Part shown: positions 51,886 through 61,100 of the stretch, one piece after another
Numbering within the stretch: the first letter of the stretch is position 1
Layout of the letters: each line of letters starts with the position of its first letter
Assembly: GCA_020184695.1 (NCBI GenBank)
Contig: JAANOX010000238.1
Coordinates: 186,001 to 250,000, forward strand
Reading direction: 5' to 3'
Length of the DNA: 64,000 nucleotides
Origin: Histomonas meleagridis 2922-C6/04-290x
Lineage: Eukaryota; Protista; Parabasalia
Translations under genes and position numbers: made by a program
Notes under the pieces: generated by a model
The model's input: only the letters and a program-made list of their open reading frames with translations
Databases searched by the model: none
Told to the model about the DNA's origin: nothing

Positions 51886-54795
51886 ATGGAAGATTATTAT
51901 TTAATCAATCAAATTGGTGAAGGATCGTTTGGACGTGTTTACAAAGCAAGAAGGAAGCATACAGGGAGGATAGTAGCGATTAAAATGATAAATAAATTAG
52001 GTCAAACTCCTGATGATATACAATCTTTCCGACGAGAAATTGACCTTCTCCAAAAAGTAAATCATCCAAACGTCATGCGCATGCTTCATGTTTTCGAGAC
52101 TGATACAGATTTTTGCGTTGTTTCTGAGTTAGCTCGAGGAGATTTATTCCAAGTTATTGATGATAATCAAACACTCCCTGAAAGTGTTCTAAAGAACATA
52201 GCAGCTCAGCTAGTTTCTGCTTTAGCCCATCTTCATTCCAAACATATTATCCATAGAGATATGAAACCACAAAATATTTTAATTGCGAACAAAAGTTCGC
52301 TCAAATTATGTGATTTTGGTTTTGCCCGAGCTCTTTCACAGACTACATTAGTACTTACATCCATTAAAGGCACACCATTATACATGGCACCCGAACTTGT
52401 TCAAGAACAACAATATGACGAAAAAGTTGACATATGGGCATTAGGTGTCATATTGTATGAACTATATTATGGGAAACCACCATTTTATACCAATTCAATT
52501 TATAAGTTAATTCAAATGATCGTTAGTTCACCCATCCAATATCCTGACGAAATATCGCCGCAGTTCAAAAAGTTTCTTAATCGCATGTTACAAAAGGATC
52601 CCTCCAAACGAGTTTCGTGTCAAGAATTAATATCTGATCCGTTTATCGCTAATGTTCAATTAGATCAATTTGATGATCACGTGATGCAATTTAAGACCAA
52701 GCAATTCGAAAAGGCTATACATGATTCCCTTTTAGGCTCACGAAAGCTTAAATTCCATCCCCCTAAATCGAAAATTCCTGATTACCAAATGATCTTTATG
52801 AATCCATCAGAACATTCTAATGATGAATTATCACAAGCTCTGAAGTATTTAATCGAAAAAGACATTTCATCTGATTCACCATTAGCCACAACTTTTGCGT
52901 TACATTTCGAATCGTTTATATCGAACAATTCCATTTTAGAACAAACGTTAATATTAGCGACTAATTTACTCAAGAAAGAAAGCGAAAAATTTTCGCCTTA
53001 TTTTTCATCATCGATTTCATTATTCGGTACGAATAATATGATACCATTATCAATAACATTTTTCGTACAACTTTTAGCTATACCATATTCGAAAAATGTT
53101 ATTAACTCAATCGATACACAAATCGGCGACTTAAAAATCGACGAAAAGAAAAGCAAAAAGTTAAGAGACTCATTATTAAGTTTCTTGTTTTCTTCTGATG
53201 AAGAAATAATCGAAAAGACATTTGTCTTAATGTCGTTTTTCTCACAGAACTCCGAAATAATGTTAAAAAGTTTCTCCGGCTCATTCTCACCACAAATTAT
53301 ACCGATATTAACATCCGCAATATATACCAAAACATCAATATTAATACGATGTTCAGCGTTTTCGATACTGTCGAAAATCATTGAAGCAAATAATGATGCG
53401 ATACATTATATTCAACCATTCTCCAAGTTTTTGGAAACTTTTGATCAAATCGTTTCTTCAAACATTAAAACTATTGAAGAATTTTGTCTGTTCTCTGCTG
53501 CTTTATCATTCATAGCAGTGTCAATTTATCCGTTGTCTCAAATGGAAGAGTTTTCAAATCGTTATTCTGTGCGTGAATCATTATCAACATTGCCAACATT
53601 CTTACAAATGGTATTTAAAGGGAAGCATGGAATATATGAACGACTTCAAAACTTTTTGTTAATCGGATCAATGGAACCTAAAACGGAGTCTGAGATATTA
53701 TGTTATGGCACTGTTTTATCTTCACCATTTTGTCATATACCAATTCAAGAAGAATTTCTCGAGCCATGTTCAAAATACATTATAAAATTAATACCGTTCC
53801 ATCAGCCTTCGCTCTTATCTTCTATCTTTGCTTTACAGCCTGAAAAGAGCATCAAATATTTGACAAGTTTCATTTCGTTTTTTTCGAAGCCGTCTTGTGC
53901 TAACATAATTAGTGAATATGTTTTAAATATATTATCCGAGAAGTCAAACCAATATATAGTGGAGCCCTTATGTGAAAATGGTATCATATTGTCGATTTCG
54001 AGCTTGATCTGCGATATGGGACCCGATGTGCCCCCAAACGTTGTCATAGTTTTAGTTCAAATCATTCTATCGTTCAAGCAACCGACCCGTTTATTGATCG
54101 AGGAAGCAACCGAAATGCTGAATTCAATTTTTTCTGTTGATTTGGCGGTTGAGTCCGGGATGATAATAGCGTCACATCTCGCAAGGCTTTCTAAAGACTT
54201 TTTACCAGCTTTGAATGAGTGTGGCGCATTAAACTTGGCAGAACGTGCTATACAATCCGATGTACATCAAATTCGATCAAGAACAATTGACTTTATTGGG
54301 AACATTTGTAAGTATGAAGCTTTGCCTGATCAATACATTAAGACAATCGTACCATTTTTAATAAAGAATTTAGGCGGCAATGAAGCTAATTGTCGGAAAT
54401 TGGCTGCATTTGCACTTGGAAATGTTTTGTTTTGGTCACCTGAAGTTAGCGACTTAATAATGGAAAATATCGATGATGTTAAGTCGATTCTAACTTCGGA
54501 CGATGCGAAAGCAGTGGAAAACGCTGCGGGATTATTGGCAAACATCGTAAGGAAATCGGATAAATACGTTTCCAAGTTGATCCTTAATGGGTGCTTGGAA
54601 CTGCTGGTTTCATCATTGGAAAATTTCCCCGAATTAGAGGGAAAAACAATTTTGCCGATTGCGGTGTTCTGCCAGTATAAAGACGCGTGCGAATACTTGA
54701 AAAGAATTAACGCGAAAAAAATATTCGCAAAGTTTACGAAATCAAAAAACGAAAGGATACAAAGATATGCATGTAAATTGGAAAAATTGGTATAA
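51886..54795 (+). CDS. Fused/STK36-family Ser/Thr kinase with C-terminal ARM repeats
   Basis: MEDYYLINQIGEGSFGRVYKARRK, HRDMKPQNILI, CDFGFARALS..TLVLTSIKGTPLYMAPELVQE; C-terminal AAFALGN. Confidence 0.9.
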   Translation: MEDYYLINQIGEGSFGRVYKARRKHTGRIVAIKMINKLGQTPDDIQSFRREIDLLQKVNHPNVMRMLHVFETDTDFCVVSELARGDLFQVIDDNQTLPESVLKNIAAQLVSALAHLHSKHIIHRDMKPQNILIANKSSLKLCDFGFARALSQTTLVLTSIKGTPLYMAPELVQEQQYDEKVDIWALGVILYELYYGKPPFYTNSIYKLIQMIVSSPIQYPDEISPQFKKFLNRMLQKDPSKRVSCQELISDPFIANVQLDQFDDHVMQFKTKQFEKAIHDSLLGSRKLKFHPPKSKIPDYQMIFMNPSEHSNDELSQALKYLIEKDISSDSPLATTFALHFESFISNNSILEQTLILATNLLKKESEKFSPYFSSSISLFGTNNMIPLSITFFVQLLAIPYSKNVINSIDTQIGDLKIDEKKSKKLRDSLLSFLFSSDEEIIEKTFVLMSFFSQNSEIMLKSFSGSFSPQIIPILTSAIYTKTSILIRCSAFSILSKIIEANNDAIHYIQPFSKFLETFDQIVSSNIKTIEEFCLFSAALSFIAVSIYPLSQMEEFSNRYSVRESLSTLPTFLQMVFKGKHGIYERLQNFLLIGSMEPKTESEILCYGTVLSSPFCHIPIQEEFLEPCSKYIIKLIPFHQPSLLSSIFALQPEKSIKYLTSFISFFSKPSCANIISEYVLNILSEKSNQYIVEPLCENGIILSISSLICDMGPDVPPNVVIVLVQIILSFKQPTRLLIEEATEMLNSIFSVDLAVESGMIIASHLARLSKDFLPALNECGALNLAERAIQSDVHQIRSRTIDFIGNICKYEALPDQYIKTIVPFLIKNLGGNEANCRKLAAFALGNVLFWSPEVSDLIMENIDDVKSILTSDDAKAVENAAGLLANIVRKSDKYVSKLILNGCLELLVSSLENFPELEGKTILPIAVFCQYKDACEYLKRINAKKIFAKFTKSKNERIQRYACKLEKLV

Positions 54796-54904
54796 TTGCG
54801 GTTTGATAGATCAATTTAATAAATGTAATGTTTGAATTAATTATTTTTTAATATTAACATCTATTTATTGTTGTATTTCCTTTTTGAGAATTTTTTTTAT
54901 TCGA

Positions 54905-55080
54905 TTTAAAATATGTTTTAATAATTTGGATTATGTTTTAATAATTTTATATATGTTTTAATAATTTGAAACATCACTTCATATAGCAGTTAAAAACAAC
55001 AATATAGAAATAGTAAAATTACTTGAAGATAAAGGAATTGATGTTAATGCAAAAACTATTCATTTTAATAATTTTGGATA
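54905..55080 (+). pseudogene. Orphan single ankyrin unit flanked by the 20-nt repeat
   Basis: Three 20-nt-type units, then ETSLHIAVKNNNIEIVKLLEDKGIDVNAKTIH, then a partial unit; near-identical to modules at 16111-16870. Confidence 0.85.
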
Positions 55081-55172
55081 TCACAACTATTTGCATCATG
55101 TTCATTTTTTACTCTTTTGTTTCTTTCATTTACGGTTAAATACGTTTTTTGTGACCGTTTGAACAAATTTAA

Positions 55173-58100
55173 ATGGAAGATCCCCAATCCCCAGAATCTA
55201 AAAGATTAAATGATGACTCAACCAATAGATCTGAAGTTACTTCTAACAGTGAAATAGATCAAAATAATTTTAGTTCAAATTTAAATTCATCACGAGATGA
55301 ATTTCAACGTGCAATTGCTTGGTTTAAATCACATATAACATTAACAGGATTTAAGGGAGAAAATATGTGGACAGAAATTCATGATCAAGCAGTTTATGAT
55401 TTTTTAACAGGATCTGATAAATTTCGTCTCTTTGCCACAATACGTGGGACTCACTTCTATCTTACAGACATTCCTCCACCACCTGAAACACGCGAAATTG
55501 TATATTTTTTAAAAAGAAATCAAGAAGATATCAATTTTGAAGATCTTACCAATTCAATTCAATGGGGTCAAATTCATGGGCGAGCTCTTAACACATTACT
55601 TAACTCGTTAGAAAGCTTCATGATGCCATTATTTGTCAAATCGGATTATCTTCATGAGTCAATTCGTTCTGATCTTATGCCTGGGATGAACAAATTTCTT
55701 GGGTATGCCACAGAAGCCGCCAATTTATTTTATGGGCAAACAGTTTTATATATTCCACAAGAAGATCTCTCCAACATTGTACAATGTTCACAAAACAGAG
55801 CTCTTATTCAACGTCTTGAATCAGTTGTCATCCAATGGACCTCTCAGCTTAAGACGCAAGTACCATTTAAATATGATTCTGTTGGACCACTTGCCGAGAT
55901 TGAATATTGGAATTTCCGATATAAAAATTCACAATTCCTAAAGCAACAAATCGAAAGTGCACCAGCACGACAAGTTATAGAAGTTCTTAAGTATGTTAAA
56001 TCTCGATATTTAACTGATTTTCAAACTCATTATTTAAAGATGAAAGAAGAAAGTACAATGGCGCAATCTATCATTCAACATTTACAAGTATTAATTGAGC
56101 CATGTAATCAATTAATTAATGGGGAAGTCTCAGATTGTACCATTTATTTACGGAAGATATTATTTGCAATTCGATTTATATGGGAACGATGTCAATATTA
56201 TCAAGATGAGAATCAATTGTCAGCGTTATTAAAACGAGTTAGTGATTTAGTTATGCATTTCATTACATCTAAAATTAACTTAGATAATGTATTTAAATTA
56301 GATGGGGATGTTAATAATGGATTAGAAATATTAACAATAGCTGTAACTGTTGGATCAAGTTGGAATAAAACTTATGAAATAGCGATGAAAGCTGTTCAAG
56401 CTAAAGATCCAAATGCGTGGAAATTTGATCACACTGAACTATTTGCTAATTTCGATGCATTTATTTCAAGGTGTGGAGATTTAAAAGAGATTTGTCAAAA
56501 CACTATACAATTTACTAGGAAAAAAGGTACTGAAATTGAACCAATTCCAATTTTTCCTGGTTCTTTAGGTAATACTATTTCGGCTTCATTACAAGAAATT
56601 CAAGATTCTTATATTAGTATACTTAAGAAACTTGAAGAAGGTAATTGTAATGTATTTGACGTATCGGATAATAGTTGGCATACTAAATTTAATGAATATT
56701 GTGAATCTTGTACTAATTTAGAGTCAACTTTATTAAACACAATTCAAACTCAATTCGAAGCTATTAAAACACCAATATTAGCTTTACAATTGCTTGAAAT
56801 ATTTGATTCATTAGCTATTAGAGATAGAGTTAAACATATAGTATCTGTTAAATGTGGTGAATTATGGAAATTATTCGAACAAGAAGTAATATCAGTACGA
56901 CGAGAATTCGAAAATCTTAAAACTAATCCTCCAATACCTATATATCAACCTATTCGATCAGGTACATTATTATGGGCTAAATCATTATTATATCGAATTC
57001 AAAAACCTTTTGAATTAATTGAAGCTTCTTCTTCTTGGTTACCACCATTTACATATAAAAATGAAATTATAGAATCATCGAAAGGTATAATGTCATCAAT
57101 TCAAGATTTCATTAAGAATACTTTTAATGATTTCCATAAGAATTTACAAGAAAGTATTAAATTATCATTAAATAAACCTGTTTTAATGAAGCCAACATCA
57201 AAATCATTACGTTGTAATTTAGATACACAATTCATTATATCTACTGAAGAATCGACACGATTTTTATTTATGGATTATGAAATATCAAAAGTTGCATTAG
57301 AATTAACTCAACTTAGAGAACGAAATCATTTACTTTCTGAATCTGTTTTATTAGTTGTACGTGATTATAATGCTATTTATGAATGTTTAAGTAATGAAGA
57401 ACAACAATTATTTACTGATCATTTTAAATTAATCGAACAAAAAATTCGAAATGCTTTAATACCTAAAACTATTTGGGCTAATCCTCAAGTAGTACAAACA
57501 TTTGTTAATACTACTGTTAAAGATTTACATAATTTACATATAATAATTGTAGGATTTAAAAAGACAGAAAAAGATATCATTAATGTATGTAAAAATATTT
57601 CTCATATTAATTTCATACAATTACAACAAACTAATAAACATATTTATACATTAAAAGAATTTAATGAAGTACAAAATAAACAACGTCAAATAGCATTTGA
57701 TTTTATACAAGAAAATTATCAATTAGCTTCAAATACATTAATTTCAATGTTTAAACAATTCACTGTTAGTTCATTACAAGTTAAAGAATATTGGTTAAAT
57801 TATTTAATAAATATTGATCACCAAATTAAAATATCATTTAAACATGCAATTATTAAAAGTTTAAATGATATTAAACATTCTATTACTGATGAAACAACTC
57901 AATTATTTATAGCAGAAACTAATTTATTAAATGATAAATGTATAATAGAACCTTCTTATGAATTAATTAATGAAACTATAATAAATCTTGTTAAAGAAAT
58001 TATTTTAATATCAAATGATTTCGCACCACTTTATTGGAAATTAAAAGATAATATTAATTATAAAAAAGAAGAAGAAGATTATCTTTCAGATTCTTCATCA

Positions 58101-61100
58101 GAAGAAAATGAAGTCATTGAAGCAGAAGTTACACATTTTCATTCATTTTATGAAGAGATTGAAAAAGATGAAGAAATACAACAAATTATTAATGAAATTA
58201 ATACCATTATTCAAATTATTGATCAACCATTTAAAGATCATGTTAATAAATGGAGCAAATATTATAATATTTGGGGAATTAATAAATCAGAAGAATTACA
58301 AAAGATAATTGAAACTTCAAAGACTTTAAATGATTTTGAAACTAAAATTAATTATTATAAAAATGAAAGTATTGAAATCCAAAATATTAAATCATTAAAT
58401 ATAATTTCATTTATACGTTTGGATTCTTCACCACTTCAAAATACTTTACTTTCACATTGTTCTGATTGGATTAATTCATTAATTAAATTATTAAATAAAG
58501 TTTCACATGATCAATTAATACATTTATATGATATGTTTAAAGATAATACAATTCATTTAAGTAAAATACCTACAACAATACCTGAACTTTCAGAATTACT
58601 TAAATATTTATCAAATATTAAAGAAGAAATTCCTAAAATTGAAAATGAATTCCAACCATTAAATGAGAACTTTGAAGCTTTAATTAAATATGAATATGAA
58701 ATAGATCCAAAAGATTCCGAATTATTGAATTCTTTAACTAATAAATGGAATGAATTTAAAGAAATGGTAAATTCATCTGAAAAACAAATAGAACAATATC
58801 GAGATCAATTTAAGAAACAACATTTAACAGAAGTTGAAGAAATTCGTAATCTTCAAGTAGAAATGTATAATAACTTTATATTAGATGAACCATTTAAATC
58901 ATCTTTAGGTGTCGAAAATGCTCGTAATATAATACATAAATATCAATTACAAGTTAAATCATTACGTGAAAGAGAAGCTAATTTACGACCTGGTTGTGAA
59001 TTATTTAAACTTGATCCACCAGTATATAAAGAAATTTCTACTGTTGAAACAGATTTAGGTTTATTAGAACAAATTTGGAATCTTGAAGATGAATGGAATA
59101 TAATGTGGGAGAATTGGAAGAAAGAATCATTTAAGAATATCGATGTATCTTCAATGGAATCAGCAGCACAAGCACATTATAAATCTATTTTATCACTTGG
59201 TATTAAGAATTGGGATGTATGTGATTCATTAACTAAGAAAATCCAATTATTTAAACGAACAATGCCATTAATATCTAATTTAAAAGAACCTGCAATTAGA
59301 CAACGACATTGGAATATATTAATGAATGAAATTGGTATCCAATTTGATCCTTATTCTGATAATTTCACATTAAATAATATCTTTGAAATGAAATTTAATG
59401 AATACTCAGATAAAATTGCAACTATAGCAATGATAGCACAAAAAGAATTTGAAGTAGAACAAGGATTAGAAGTTATTAATAATCGATGGGAAACTTTACA
59501 TTTCGATATTCAACCACATCGAAATTCATATAAAGTTGTTGGATCAGATGAAATCTTTGAAATCATCGAAAAAGATCAAACTTCATTATCAAACTTTAAA
59601 GCTACTTTATCATCAATGAAAGAAGCTAGTGTATTTATAGTATTTGATCAACAACCTATAATGAAATTAGAACAAAACTTAACAAAAGTTTTAGAATTAT
59701 TAGATTTCTTACTTACTGTACAAAGAAAATGGATTTATTTGGAATCAATATTTAATGGTTCTGAAAGTATACGTAAACAAATACCTAATGAGGCTAGTGA
59801 ATTTGGTAAAGTTAATACTAAATGGAGAGAAGTAATGGAATTTTTACGGAGAGAAAATACAACTGCTTTAAAAGGTGCACAAGAACATGATATATTTAAG
59901 AAGTTACAAGAAATGAATGAGAAATTAGAAGAAATCCAAAAAGTTCTTGAATCATTTCTTGAAACAAAACGTCGTTTATTCCCACGATTTTACTTTATAT
60001 CTAATGATGATTTACTTGAAATCATTGGGAAACAAAAAGATCCAAAATGTGTATTACCACATTTAAAGAAAATGTTTTCAGCAATTAATTCATTAAAATT
60101 CGATACAATAACTATTGATGGTAAATCACAAATTCATGCAACTCAAATGATTTCATCAGAAGGAGAAATTGTTGAATTTAAACCTACTGTACCTATTCAA
60201 GGAGATGTTGAAAAATGGTTATTAGATATTGAAAAAGAAATGCGTCATTCGATACGTATTCAATTAGGTAAATGTAAAACGGATTTACTTAAATCGAATT
60301 TACAACAAAAAATGCAAATTTTAACTCAAGATCAATATCCTGGACAAGTCTTTCTAACAAGTTCACAAATTAAATGGACTGCTGATTGTGAACGAGCATT
60401 AGATTTAGCACAAAAATCTAATGTTAGAATTACAGCACAATCACATCCATTAACCCAATTAATAGCTAATCAAATATTATATTTAGGTGAATTAACTTCA
60501 TTAGTTCGAGGTGAATTAAATTCTTTATTACGTAAGAAAGTTAAAGCTTTATTAATCATTGAAGATCATGCTAAAGATGTAATACAATCTATGATTCAAT
60601 ATGGTATTAAACATGAAGGTCAAGTAACTAAAGATGATTTTATATGGTTAATGCAATTACGTTTTTATTGGTTAAAAGAAGAATCGAAATGTCAAATCCA
60701 ACAAACATTTTCACAATTTAATTATGATGAAGAATATATAGGGAATAATCCACGTTTAGTTATAACTCCATTAACTGATAGATGTTATTTAACATTAACT
60801 TCTGCTTTACATTTTAATTGTGGTGGTAATCCTCAAGGACCTGCAGGTACAGGTAAAACAGAAACAGTCAAAGATTTAGCTAAAGCATTAGGTAAGTTTT
60901 GTATCGTATATAATTGTTCAGAAGGTTTAGACTTTAAATCAATGGGTAATATCTTTAATGGATTAGCTCAAACAGGTGCATGGTCATGTTTTGATGAATT
61001 TAATCGTATAGAAGTAGAAGTATTATCTGTTGTAGCACAAGAAGTTTCACGTTTATTAGATGCTATAGCTTCTAATGCATTAGAAGTATGTTTAGAACAT

